A program made the position numbers and the translations under genes. From the human T2T-CHM13v2.0 reference genome, Homo sapiens: a stretch of DNA of 64,000 nucleotides. This document shows, in pieces, positions 26,956-41,859 of the stretch (position 1 is the stretch's first letter; each line of letters opens with the position of its first letter). The notes below the pieces were generated by a model that was not told where the DNA came from, made no database searches, and saw only the letters and a program-made list of their open reading frames with translations. The stretch lies in assembly GCF_009914755.1 (NCBI RefSeq), contig NC_060940.1. One strand, written 5' to 3'.

Positions 26956-29349
26956 TCCTTCCCAAAGGGTGAGCTGCAATACATTGCAGACTATCAGAAT
27001 GGTGATGAACACGGATGCAGTAGCCAAGAAAATAGATGTGTGTTTGTCGTGGTCTTTTTCAGTCTTCAAGATCTCAGTTAAACATGAAGTCAACCACTCA
27101 CTATGATGTTATTTGAGGTTTAGCTTTGAAGTGGAAATGTACCACAAATAGTAGAGCCAGATAAATACAAATAAATAATTTTAACAGTCCATTCTAAAAG
27201 ATTTCTTTGGTAATATTCTGTTGGAATTGATTTCTATCTTTTCATTTGTTAGGTTCCTGGAAAGTGAAAATTTCATTTCTTTGTGGACAGGTACCTAAAA
27301 TGTCTCATTATTCATCAATTAATGAAAAACAAATGAAAATTTGAGAGAGATATTCTGAAGAATAAAAGGATCAAGTTGGGTCATTTCTAAAATGTAAGAT
27401 TATAAGGTTTAACTTGCTAAGACTTTTGAGGGGTTGAATTATTGGTAAATTATTATAGAACCACTTATCTGAGGCTTTTAAAAGTGATGTGTTACAGAGA
27501 TTTAGGGAACTGCAAGATTGCAGATAAAGAATTTATACTGTCAACTGTTCTATACTTTACCTTCTGCTTTAAATGCGGCCTTATATTTTGAAGTCAAACA
27601 TTTATTTTCTCTCACTGCGTTCTGAATTTCCTACCACAGTGCATTTTGAGAAATGAATATAACAGCAGTCTTCATAGATGCCATATTCATGGCAACTCTG
27701 TCCCCCGCCAACACCACACCCTGGAAAAAAACCAACTTTCTATTGTTGGAATGAGGTAACATTTTCAGGAAAAGGGAACCATTTTCTCACAGGATATAGA
27801 ACAAATTCAACCTTTTATTAAATCAAAATGGATTCTCTAATGTTTATACATATCATATAGGATTTCATCTCTTTCAATCTTGGTTCAAAGGCCCAGACAG
27901 TACCATTCCCTAGTATTTAGTCCATTTGCTCATAAAGCAGAAGAGAAAAGCTACTTTGTTCCGAAGGGTGTTAGATTTAGGATTCCAAGGTTATTTCAAA
28001 TTAATGCCTGGAACTAGACTATAAAATGCAGGAAAGATTCTAAGTTGTTCAAAGATGAAATATCTTAACTTTCACCAAAAACTCTGTCTTCTGGGTATTT
28101 TTTGTTTTTCTGCCTTTCCAGATTTATTTTAAATACAACATTTTTGCTGTTTACATTTTTAAAAGTTACATTTCAAAATTGTTCATAATTGGACACTTTC
28201 ATAAAATGTAGGCAAATGCAGTTTTACTTTTTAATGAAGGACAAGTCTGTTGATAACATTTTGATTCTTAAAATTTTTTTTATCTTATAAAAATGAAACA
28301 ATGCATTTAAAGTGTCTTCAGCTCTTATGTTAATACCAAATTATACATTTTCTTAGCCCATGTTCAGGAGAGACAATATATCTTCCAAATTAAGAGAAGC
28401 TGGCACCATTTTTAAAACAAGGCCTTGAATCTGCTGTGGTATGTGCTGGTAGGAATTTTGTATGAAGCTGTTATTGAAGTAGATGACATTAAGGTCAAAG
28501 GAAAAAAAAAACAGAAAATAATGTAATCCTACAGAGCTGCTCTTAAGATCTTGAGAGAAAAACCACGTAGGTAACATCAAACACTAGTTGGAATCTTTCC
28601 AAGAAGTAATTATCTGTGTGCTGTTTGTGGTGGTTGATTATGGGAACAAACCAAGGTTTAGCCAATTCAGCAAACATTTATGGAGTGCCTGCAATGTGCA
28701 TGTCACTGTTTTAAGGCCTGTGCCTACTGTAAAGGTGACCCACACATGATGCCTGCCTTGCAGGACTTGGAGTTCAGCGATAATAAGAGATGCATACCTG
28801 AAAAGCCTATTTAAGACTCTTCCGGTTCTACAAAGAAGGCTTCTTGAAAGTGGTAGCTTTGATTACTCTTTGGATTTATTTACATTTATCCTATAATCAG
28901 AAGGTATACAAAACAGACTCACACATATATAAAATTAATAGATTAGATAGCATTTAAACAAATATTTCAGGTAGGTACTTCAAATGCATTTGACATTTAT
29001 CAAAGAAATGGTAAGTGCTGTCATCCGTGGGTGGCTGGATTAACATGTGGGACTACTTATCACCAATTTTGTTAGGGATCTTAGGGAAATTCCTGGATCT
29101 TATATTCACAAGCAATTGTATAAATACTTCCCACAGCTCAGAGACCTAATAGGATGGGGTCTTAGAGAAACATCTTTTGAGCCACAGACTTCTTTGTTAC
29201 CAGAAGGAAAATGAAAGAAGAAATTTAAATACCACTTGAAGAGAGGTAAATAAATGAGAAATGGGGCTGAGAGGGCGGGTATTTTTTAAAAAATTCATTA
29301 AATGGAAAAATCCACAAATGTTAATTCTGGTAGATTTCTTAGAAATTAC

Positions 29350-29892
29350 ATCAGAGGAGCATGCTTGGTCTTCCCACCCTCATTAGGCCTCAGTGACAGG
29401 TACTTGAACAACTGAGCCCCTAATGTGCATGCTCCCCCACCCCTGAAGCCAGTCTCTGCCCTCCTCTTCCCTCCTCTTGCCCCTGGAAGCTGATCGCCAC
29501 CAACTGGCCTCTGGGTGGATTTGGCCAATGGAAGCACCTGTAGAGGGAAGAGAGTGAGGTTAGGATATTTCTTCCTGCTGTCTCCGTGCTTCCCTGCAGA
29601 GAGTGTGAAGAAATGACCCTGAAAAGCCTCTGGCAGAGGATTCTTCTTTCAGGATGGTGTCGCCTCCTCAGCAGCCCATCCTCCTCCCCTGGACTCAAGC
29701 TCTCATTCCAGTAACACTCCTTCCTCCTTCTCCATCTTCAGGGGGAGGTTTGCCAGTCGGTGGGTTCTAAGCATATCTCGCTGATTCCCCCCAACCCTGC
29801 CGACACCTCTGTAGGTCGTCCCTTCATTAAAATCTCTCCATTTGAACTATCTGAGTTTAATTCCATTTCCTCCTGGTATCTCAGTGATACAC
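29350..29892 (+). mobile_element. LTR33-like ERVL solo LTR
   Basis: TTGGCCAATGGAAGCACC...GAGAGTGAGGTTAGGATATTT...CCCTTCATTAAAATCTCT...TGATACA. Confidence 0.6.
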
Positions 29893-32800
29893 GGTATCAG
29901 TACAAAAATCTCGCTTCACCTTCAGAACCAACAGATTTGAGACATTTTATCCTCTGTGGAACCATTAGTTATTTTGTCATTGGTTGTATCAGAAAAAAAA
30001 ATCAGGAATGCAAATCCTTCTTTATTACAAATTCAGATTTGCATATTACCAATGTTATATATTTTAAACAAAACTATTCATCATAAGTTTTAAAAATTAA
30101 CTACTGGAGTAGTTAATGAATCTGAATGTAATTATGTAGCTTTCATAATATTAAAGTAAAAATACTAAAAGAAGTATTTCTTAAAGAAGCAAATGCTCAA
30201 TCTCCAAGTAAATTTTATTCTATGCTCTTCCGGTATAAGAATATGTTAATATCTTGAAAAATATCATATTATTTTGTGAACTCATAAAGCTATTTTGAGT
30301 TTTTGTAAAATGAAAACCTTACCAAAATGTATTTTATTGTTGGAAAGCTTGACCGTTACTGCTGTTTAATTTTTTGAGCTTGTAAACTTTATTTGTGCAT
30401 GTTTTCAACAAAGAAGGATTTTATTGTTATTACATAAAACAGGTGATTTCTAGATTTTAAAATCACAAATTGAAAGCAAGGCACAATAATATATATTTCA
30501 AGATATAGGTACTTAGGAGGCATCCTTTTAGTCATCTGTTCAATGTAGCCATCTATTTTACACCTACTGTCTACTATTGTTTGAGGTCCTTGCCAAAGTA
30601 TTGCAGGCTAGTTAGGAAACATAAAACAATTAGAAAGTAATCTATGACAAGTAAGCTATCTATAAATGGCAATGAAGGGTAGAACAAATTCAATGAAAAT
30701 ATCTATTTAATCCTAGTGTTTACTGGTCTAGAAGAATAGGCTGAGTAAATTAGTATTTCTCTGGCTGTTGTGGTAACACATTGCATGCTATAACAGTTTT
30801 AAGTAATTACAGGTGCATTGAAATTTATCTATGGCTTTGTCATCATATTCTAAAATGTCATGAGTACTTTTTTCTGACCTCAATTACTATGAAATTGGTT
30901 TCCAATATTTAATTAACCAAGAATATCAAGTCTATAGGGTATTATTAAGGTGAGACTTCTGTAGCCTTTTCAATAAAGACCAGAATTTTGGAGTGCCTTG
31001 AACCTTAATCATTGATCTTTAATTCTTATTAAGTCAACTGCCCACCTTTTAAAGACTGAGGCCCAGGAAGAGTAAGTTTCTCTGAGACAATGCATACAGT
31101 ACAGTGCTTCTTGGGTATTGGCTCTAAGACCAGATGCAAAGAAAGGCTAAAATCCCATTTCATTGTTCATTAGGTGAGAACCCTTTGTTAAGCTGTGTAA
31201 CCTCTGTGCATAGTTTCCTCATCAGCAAAGTCAGAAAAAGTATGTACCTGAAGGACTGATTGTAAGGCTGGGATGAGAGAATCCATGTGATCAGCCCTCA
31301 CCAACAGGTGCTGCCCAGTTCATGAGTGCTGCTGCTGTCCTGCCCAAGTACCCAGCTTGCAGAGTGCCAGAGTTAGAGTCCCAGGGGTGTTCTCCACAGC
31401 TGCATGCTTGATCCAGGCCTATCAGGTGAGTTGGCTCTTGGCTAGTGGTTTTTCTTCTCTTGCTGTACAAAAGTCCAGACAGTAATGTCTTTTTTTCATT
31501 TTTATAGATATATTCCATTGAAAGTCCTCATTCTCAAATTTAAAACAAAGACTTTTTGTGTACCTCAATAGCAATGCACACACAGTTGGCTTCACAAACA
31601 TATTGTACATTTCTTTTTTTCATATTTATTCAACAAATGTATATTGACTACCCACCGTGTGACAGGTGTTATTTGTTGGCGGAACCAGGCATCATCAGCA
31701 AACAAAACTGACAAAGCTTCCTGCCCTCTGTGGAAGGCATCTGAGGAAGAGACTGGATTTTGTAGCAACATGTTATTCTCATTATAAACTTTATCATTGG
31801 AATACTAAAGCCAAATCATCCCCCATCTCCTTGATCAGGATACCCACTTAATCTAGGCAGCTACACAATTGTGAGAGCCTTTGTTTTTTTCTGCTGAAAC
31901 ATCCTTAAAAAGATACCTCACAACCCAAGATTTGGCTTTTCTTAAATACGATTTTTAATTTTTTTCATTTCTATCTAGAGATTTAATTGGAAATGGAAAA
32001 TCATCAATTTTCCAATTAAATGTCTGTTCCAATCAACATTATACCTTTTAGGTTGTCATTGTCATTTTTAAGTTTAAGCAACTTTAAGGATTTTGAATCT
32101 GGCTGCCTGTAAATTAAAGGTGAAAGTAATCATTGTGTTGGATTGGTACATTTTGTCAATTGAGAGTGGTTTCCTTGTTCTTAGTGTATGAAAAGTTTAT
32201 TTTTCTAATGTAGATTAATAAAGGAGATAAAGAAAAACAAAATGAGTGATTTATGTGTGTGAGAAAAGAACCATTTCCTCAAGGATTAAATAAAATTCAT
32301 ACCTTTTGTTTCTTTTGAAAAGTTTTTAAAATAAATTTTAATGAATGTGTCCTTTAAATATTCCTTTAAAAATGTATCCTATTTTAAAATGGACTCTCTG
32401 AGAGAAGGAATTGATACCTGTGTTTAAAATCAAAAATAGCATGCATAGAGACTGTTTTTCTAGTTGGTTGAAGCTTTTTTCCCTCTCCTTTACATCAGTG
32501 AACCAGCATCTTGCCCTTCAGACCCTACAGCACACTCTTGGGCTCATGAAGTGTATGACACATCCTCCTTGGGGGATCGGCCATGTCCTCGCTCTCAGGA
32601 CCACATGAATTCTTCTGTATGTCTTTTCTCACAGCTGAGTACTCTCTTCCTGACCCCCTTGTGGAATGGGGAAAGGAGGCTGTGACATTGTGCTTGTGCA
32701 AACAATAATTGAGAGCTTTCCGAGTCTCCTGCATCTTCATAAATGATTTTTTGTTTTATGCTGGGACAGTAGTTCTTTAAATAGAATATTCTCCCATGGA

Positions 32801-35800
32801 AATCGCCCACAATGCTGAGAGTACACCTTGCAAAAGGTAAGTCTAGAATATAGGGTGCCTCCTCAGCATTGCCCAGAAGCTGAAGTTAGGACTCTCTAGA
32901 ATACCAAAAACAAATTTATAGCAGTTCATTAATGTAAGGAATTATGAAAACTGTGTGCCACCATTATCCATAGATGAAACAAGAGCCACCACGCAAGCAC
33001 AGACACAAAGCCCTGAAGATGAAGCCATTGACAGGGCTCTCATTTATTCTGTAGAAACCCACTTGCCTGTTTTTGAACCAGTTTTCTTTGGAGCATATGT
33101 CTCACTGTGCAACCAAAGTGGTGTTTATATCCTAGTCACTTGGCAAAAATTCTGTCATTGCTTCAGGGAGATCCATTTTAGGCCTGAAGCATGGAGCTGG
33201 TAATAGATGGGATTTGGTACTTCTGAAGAAAAGACCCTACTGCAAATTTAGAGAGTTAATTTTTTCTTTTGTTCCCCATAATATGGTTGCTAGATAGAAC
33301 TACCTTTTTTGACTAGAAGTTAAATATAGAGGCCTAAATCAATTAGGTAACTCCCACTCATTCTAAATGAGAACATGTTTGTTTTTCTCCAACGAGATGA
33401 GAAATATTTGAGGCGCTTCCTGATATCTCTATCACCCACTGCATTTTTTCACTTGATGTATATTTCCCCATGTATTTGGGATAATTTTCAAATAATTGCC
33501 CTTTAGAAATCTACTTGATATTAAATGTAAAAAAAAAGCAAGATGCAAAATTATTATAGGATGCATTTACAGAAATTACAAAATTTCTATAAACTATTTA
33601 TGGAGGAAGACTTATAGAGTATATGTCAACACATTGCTTTATTATTGTCCTTGGTTATGAGTATGGTTTTTTTGAAACCTGCTTTGTACTTTGGGTGTTT
33701 TCTCACCATTGGTACAATTGAGGCATTTTTCCCTCTTCTTCAACCTTGCAAATCACACGTGAGGATGCTCATAGAAGTGCCTCTCAGACAGGCTGTTGTT
33801 TTGCTTTCACCAATAAATCATTTATAATTAGAAGTAGAAAACTATTCTTTCCAGTGCAAATACATCCCTTTCAAAAGCAGTTCTCTTTTTGTGAATGATG
33901 TCTAGTGTCTAAGAAACTAGGGTAACCTTTATTATATGCATTGCTCTAATCGAAGCATTGTTTTTTGCGGTGAACTCAAGGTTACATGTTTAAGAAAAGC
34001 ATCGGGTTAATTCCATTAGGAAAAGTGTCTTATTCATAAACCTTTAGCCACTGGAAAAACACCATTAGGAGGCCACACAAGTGTGTATAGCTGGATAGAA
34101 TTTGACAACTGGCAAAACAAAACAATAGCCTACAATTGCAGAGTGCTGTCTGTTTAAAAACCAACATATCTTTCACCAACAAATACATATTCACCTCAAC
34201 ACGAGACTTTCATGTGGTTATTAATATCAAATTTTTGAATGTCCAAATTTTGGAGTGTAGTCTAGCAGAGGTAAACTGATTTGCCTAAGGTCCTTCAACT
34301 GTCAGAGGTAGAATTATTTTCTCTCTCCTGGCTCTAAAACCTGTCCAGATTCTCCTGCAACACTGTCCTTCAAAAACACACTTCCGCTGACTCCAGTGCT
34401 GGTGATGTCATGCTTTAGCTAGTAGTTAGAGGTGACTTAACTTTAAATATGGAATCTTTTTTTCCTATTAAGCAATGAGGTTTAGTTTGAAAATTCTTAG
34501 AGATGATAAACCCCTCTCCTTTTTTTCTTCCTTCTCCTCTTTTGTCCTGAACAATGTTCCATATATATTACTGCCAGAAACAGATTCTTGACATTCCTGT
34601 TATGCTTTTCCACATCTTGTAATCATTTCTACAGCTGTTAGCATTGCCAACAATTATATTTCCACTTTTAAAAAATTGTTACAAAGATGCAGAGAGAAAA
34701 GAGGAAAGCCAAGGAATAAACTACAGGCAATTATGGGATATTTTTGTGATGTGACATTTTGGGAACTGAGGCAGCATCACTGATACTGCACTACTTTTTA
34801 ATATCTAGATTTTAATCTTTTGTATGAAGATAAAATTCACATGCCTTAAACCTGACCACAACATAATAGGGCATTTATTTTTCTAATTTTGATACCATCC
34901 ACATTTCTTAACTATAAGAAGAATGCTTATGTTGTACCAAGTTATATGATGTTGCCAAGAAGTAGATGTGTACCATTTACTAATACATCCTTTTGGAAAA
35001 TGCGTATTAATAACATATTAAGGAGTAAATTGACGTTGTGCAAAGTGAGCCTGTGAGTTTAAATGTATGGATTGTACACCTTGCTCTTCCTAATTGCAGA
35101 TTTAACAGGATTTGATGACCTAATGAGTTTATTTCTGAATGATTTATATTTCTTTGTCAGTTCAATGATTTAGTATTTTAAATTTTTTTAAATCACATTT
35201 TATTGAGATAATGCTATTAGTGTTTCTTTCCCATCACTTAACAAAGTTAAGTCACTCCTCTCCCACCCCACTTTTGTACCTACCAATGTTTTTTTCACAG
35301 TTACAGGCTGATTGGCTTGACGTGTCTTAGGATACCACCCAAAGAGAGCTTCATTTTATAAATACCAAGCTCATTTTCCTAAATATTTTCAAAAAGATAG
35401 ATTTATCCTCATATAGTATATTCAGATTAATAATTTTGGAAAGGGTCATGTGACCATGGTATTACATGGCTGTGGAAGACCCTCCAAGATCTTGTTTTGG
35501 GATAGAAGGACTCAGACATCCAAACTTTTAAATTAATGAACTTATTAAATTCTAAAACTTTGTAACAGTGTTAATTTGAGAAGTATAATATTTTGCTTAA
35601 GGTCTGTTTTGCTTTGCAAAATGCATCTCCTTCATTTTCATATTATGTTGGAAGCTTAGCATGAAAGAACGTGCCTCAGAGGAAACCATAGGTAAGCATA
35701 CTTTAACAAAAGTTAGTGTCATCATGTTTGTGTCTTTGCCTGTGGTTTTTTAAATGTATAATGTTTAACGTTGATTTGGCTATCAAATTACATTTTCTTT

Positions 35801-36384
35801 TGTTAAAAAATTCTGTAAATTAGAAATGTACTGAATCATTTATTTAGCAGACTGAAGGTGGGTAATGATGGCTGAACAGGTTTAAGCCACAGTAATTTGA
35901 AAATGTAAATACATAAAATAATGTCATTTCTCTTCCACTCAATGTTTCTTCACCAAATAAAGTCCAGCCTGCTCTGAATTTGTTGCCAGTAGGAACAATG
36001 TTACAGTGAATCATGGTTTAATATACCTTGAAAATGGCACATCTGTTCTGTGATAGCTTACCAATTTTAGCCTCTTTATAAAATACGAAGAGTTTGTCAA
36101 CCAGAATAATCTAGAACCTGGCAATTCAAATACCATTCAAAGCAAATGTTTTATCTAATAACTGGAACTAAATGTTAGGCCTCATGACAGTTCAATATTT
36201 ACTAAATAAGTTTAATAACAGGGTAAGCCCTCAGTATCCAGAGCAGAGACAAGCACACCATATTTACACATACAAATTCTGCCTTTAGCCATCTGAAAGG
36301 GCCCCGAACTATTGCAGCAAGCAAAGAGTCTTTGCATTGTCCTAAAATCCATACAATACTTTATATTTTACACATTTTAATAGC

Positions 36385-36780
36385 TAGTTTAACAAATAAC
36401 AAGTACCATGCTTAATTCTCTGCATGCATTATTTCAACTAATTATTGGAATAATCTTATAAAGTGGGTACTTTCGTCTCAGCTTACAGGTGAGAAAACAA
36501 AAGTTAAATAGATCGCCCAGGGCTCTGCTGGAACGTGTTAAGCAGGGATTTCAGCCTGTCCAGTCAGACCCCAGAAGTTGTGTTCTTAACCATTAGCAAC
36601 ACATCATCCCAGGCAGGCCCTACATGAGCCTCATAACCAATTTTATGCTGGATAGTATTATCCCTATTTCACAGATGGCAAAACTGAGGTCCAGAGACTT
36701 TAAGTGACCTACCCAAAATTACAGTCATGAGCAGAGGCACTGGAATGTAGGGCCTTGACACTCTACCTCACGTGGTCCTC
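36385..36780 (-). mobile_element. Two tandem MIR fragments
   Basis: TACAGGTGAGAAAAC; CACAGATGGCAAAACTGAGGTCCAGAGACTTAAGTGACCTACCCAA. Confidence 0.7.
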
Positions 36781-37725
36781 TTTCCTGTTTTGGGTAGTTC
36801 TCCACTACCACTACTCATTTCTGATGCTGGAAAGGCTGTGTTTTATACATTTCTGTTTCTGGCTTGGAACGAAACACTCTGGGTCTCTGCTTGATCAGTG
36901 TCCCCTCTAAACTGCACCTCACTACAGTAGGGATGGCATAAGATACTTCTTTACACAGCATCTTTTTGTTCCCACCTCACCCCCAGAGCTGTAATAGGTA
37001 GAGCCAGCCAAATGTCAAAGGGATGATTTGTCTTGTCACCACTAGTTTCCCTTTTCTCTGCCTTGTATGTAACAGGAATATTCTTTAGTTCCTCCTTATG
37101 TTCTAAAGCACCTCCCCAACCTAAAAATAGAAGAGGAGTTGTGGGTCATTTACACTTTAGTGTGAATTTGCCCTTGTGACTTTGCCAAGGCTGTTGTGCC
37201 TAACCCTTTCAATCTAACAGCAGAATGAGAGTCTCTGGACTATCCTGGCTCCTTCCCTGAGAAGAATGAACTGGGAATTGTTGGTCTAGACATCAAGACT
37301 ACCAGAGACCTATTGCTCAGAGATGTTTGGGCTGTACAATTTCTGTAGATATGGCATCTGGAGCAGCCTTTTCTAAGCAATGGCATTATCATTCCAGGCT
37401 CTCTCGCTCTTTCCATCTCTCCACCAGGTGGACTCTTGCCCTCCACCCCTTCCAATTTGTCAGTGATTCAGAGAACATTCTCCATCCTTCCAATGATTAC
37501 ATTCCTTCATCTTGCTGGGGCGCCAATTCAGTGATGGAGCGGCTCTTGGGAGCAGCCTTGGCTTATAGTGCAGCTCTCTGCTACCTTCAACAGGCTGGTA
37601 TTCGGGGTGCTTAGATGTGACTGGTTGTACGCACGTGTGTGTATGTGCATGTGTGTACAGCAGTAAGAGCTTTCGAGGTAGATACTTGAGGAAGCCTCAG
37701 ACATCTAGCCCCATTACTGGGGCAA

Positions 37726-38150
37726 TGTCTTACTTGGGTTTTTCCAGAAACAGACCTGGAGACCAGGATTCAAGTGCCAGTGGTATATTTGGGATGTGAA
37801 CCCTGCAATGCTGGTAGGAGAGTGGAGAAGTGAGGCAAGGAAAGGAAGGCCGTCAAGGGGCGTGTTAGGAGGTCATTCACCACCGCAGGTAGCCCGCTGG
37901 GGACCTCTGGGAGCAAGTGTGGCGCACAAGCCTCAGCATTACTGCCCTGTGCCTTGAGGAGTAAGGGATAAGGATTTTCCCCACCAGTTCCCTGTAGTCC
38001 TTGGTGAGAGCTTCTGGGGTGGAGGTTAAGGTCTTTAGGTCAGAGAAATTTTCTTTAGTTTCGGAAAAATCTTTCAGGCCGAGGTCCAGACACTCACTGG
38101 AACACACTGAAGTGGTTAGGTCCAAGGGCTGTAGGCAGAGCTCCCATATC
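37726..38150 (-). mobile_element. LTR16-like ERVL solo LTR
   Basis: CCAGAAACAGACCTGGAGACCAGGATTCAAGTGC...GGAGAAGTGAGGCAAGGAAAGGAAGG. Confidence 0.6.
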
Positions 38151-39925
38151 CATCTGCAGAGGTGTTTCAGGTGGAAGGAGTGGAGACAGCCTTCTCTGCT
38201 CCACACTGTCTTCAGCAAGGGTTTCTGTATCTGTGCATTGAGGATTAAATTATTCACATGGTCAGAGAAGCCCATCACCACTGATAGTTATTGTAGGTAT
38301 GGAAAACTAACGACTAAGAAGGGAGAAAAATATACCAAGCAGTTGGCTTGGCTGAACACAAGTAAAGACTCTTACAGTCACTGGTGTGAACTGCTTATTA
38401 TCAATGTCTGATTACAGTGCTGCATACTAATGATTATGCATGTCATTAAATGTGTCAGATTAACTTTGTTATAAAATTTATGACAACATTAAATTTTATT
38501 CACATGCTCAGCCTTCATAATTTATTGCTTATGTAGCATGGTTTTAACTTCAGAAAAACCTCCAAGACAGTGTTGTCTTGATGACTACACTGCTTATCCG
38601 TGAGTCTAGTTTTCCTGTTCATTTGAAATGTTCACATTACATTCAGCTCTGTCTCAAGCACTGAGACAGAGCTGGAATCAGTGCCCAGCGATTCCACTTG
38701 CCGAGTGATTGAGGCTGGGGGATTACTCCCCTCTCTTTGTGAATTCTCTTGCTGTGTGTTATTGATTAATTCAACCAACTCTTAGTTGACCCTAACCATG
38801 CAACATGTATTGTGCCAGGTGGTGTGGATTTAGAATATGGATTAGACCCTCATTCTGTCCTCAAGGAGTTCCTGGTCTAGTAGAGAATCACATCACTTTA
38901 TAGTTGATTGTTCAAGAAGGAAGCTTGTTCAAACATGAATAAAAGACTGTGCATCTTCTGACTTTGTAGGTGTGGAATAACAAAGATCTGTTCCTTTATT
39001 GGGTTTCCAGAAAACATCTCCAAAGCTATACCAGTCATCATTTTGTGCTTTCAGAAATGAGTAACATTGTAGGATAGTACTTATTGCTTGTACTTAGCTT
39101 TGTGTGCTAGCTGAGCATTTGTAAATAGAAGGCATTCACGGGTAAAATGTGTTTCCTTTAGCCAAATGCACAATGGTAGTGCCTTTCTAGAATCCAAGCT
39201 AAAGATGTCGTCACATGCCACATCCACACACTTCTTAGCAAAAATCCAACTAGAAGAACTTTGCTATTTACAACAAAGGCAAATGCTATCAAGAAGTAGG
39301 CTTAGTACCACAGGAAGCGGAGCCAAATGTGTTCTTGAAATTTATAAGTTGACCTGAAAATAATGTTTTGGGAAGCCATGGCTTGCCGTTGTCAGCTGTC
39401 AAAATTGAGCTTGGCAGGAGAAATCAGGGTCAGGAACAGAATAGAGATAGTCAAAAAGAGACAGAACAGAGAGAGGGCTACTGTTGTTTCTGGAGTCCAG
39501 TGACCACCCGGGTTCTAGTGTGGTACTGGCAGTGGACTAAATAAGTGGATCCACCCTAAGGTGGAGAGAAGGTTCATATGGAGATAATTTAAAGAGCTGA
39601 CTTTTAGCCCTTCCAAAGAATTACATGTTCCTAACTGCCAACCTAGGAACATCCTGGATTAACTTGCAATTTAAGGCTGTGGTATACCTGTTTCAAATAA
39701 AATAGCCCTGTGAATAGCATGGAAGTCAAATGATATCAACTAGGTTTGAAACAACCTCCTTCTCTCTTTTGAATGGAGCAGTGATTAAACGCAAGACATC
39801 AGCTTAGAAAATGCATGTATTAGCAAACGCCTAAGATGAGGAAAGATCTGGGCATGCCCTGAAGCCAATGCAATTTTTCTTTCTCCACCCCAAACCTGTG
39901 CTACGTGATGAATTTACAGTATTAA

Positions 39926-40340
<415 letters not shown>

Positions 40341-40937
40341 TACCCCTCACATCTCTTTAAATATTTTTCAAATATCTGCCTTCCTTTTCAATCTCATGGA
40401 CTTGGTTGTGGTTATGGCCTCTTGTGAGAGGGTTTCTTGCTTCCATTTTTCTCCGGCTTCAGTCCATCTTCCAAACCCATGTCAGCGGCTTCTCCTGCTT
40501 GCACAGAAAATGAAGTTCAGACAGTTTGCATTTGAGCCTTGGCTCACTTTCCCAGCCTCACCTCCAGTGACCCCCTTCTCTGCCCTACCCCAGTCCTTCT
40601 TAGCCCATCTTTCTTCTCAGGACACACCAGGCAACTTCATGCCACCATTCCTTGCGTATGCTCTTCTCTTGGCCCAGCTCACTACCTCTCTGAAATGTTC
40701 CAAAACGCTTCCAGGCAGAATTAATCATTTTGTGTCTGTATTCCAAAAACCAGGGTTCCATTCTCTGTTTATCATGGTGATGATAGTTATTTACTTGTCA
40801 CTCTTAGTTAGCTTTGTAACACCTAGCACAGTAACTGAAACAGTAGATGCTCAAACATGGATTTATTTTTAACTTAAAATGAGATGGGTATTTTAGGATG
40901 CCAGAATCTTTGGGTCAAAAAGATGTGGCTTAGTTTT

Positions 40938-41815
<878 letters not shown>

Positions 41816-41859
41816 CTTTCTTTCAGAACACCAGAACCCTGGTTAAGAGCTTCCTTTGA

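Larger units (their letters stand above)
23800..39300 (+). ncRNA. SYNAGE: Divergent spliced lncRNA from the CBLN1 promoter (probable SYNAGE / mouse Gm2694 counterpart); extent uncertain
   Basis: Plus-strand donors just past the promoter (GCC|GTGAGT at 23854/5; CAG|GTAGGA at 24002/3) and many downstream plus-strand exon-like units. The identity comes from recollection that a cerebellar lncRNA is transcribed head-to-head with Cbln1; it is not provable from sequence. Confidence 0.5.

Noticed and set aside
28458-28566. Resemblance of LYEAVIEVDDIKVKGKKKQKIM*SYRAALKIL to a dsRNA-binding domain C-terminus
   Set aside because: Superficial; the lysine run comes from a poly-A tract and cannot support a family call without an HMM search.
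29204-38296. Short GREB1-like motifs (KKFKYHLKR, SKGFC) in the fossil exons
   Set aside because: Order is reversed relative to GREB1 as I recall it, and the matches are too short.
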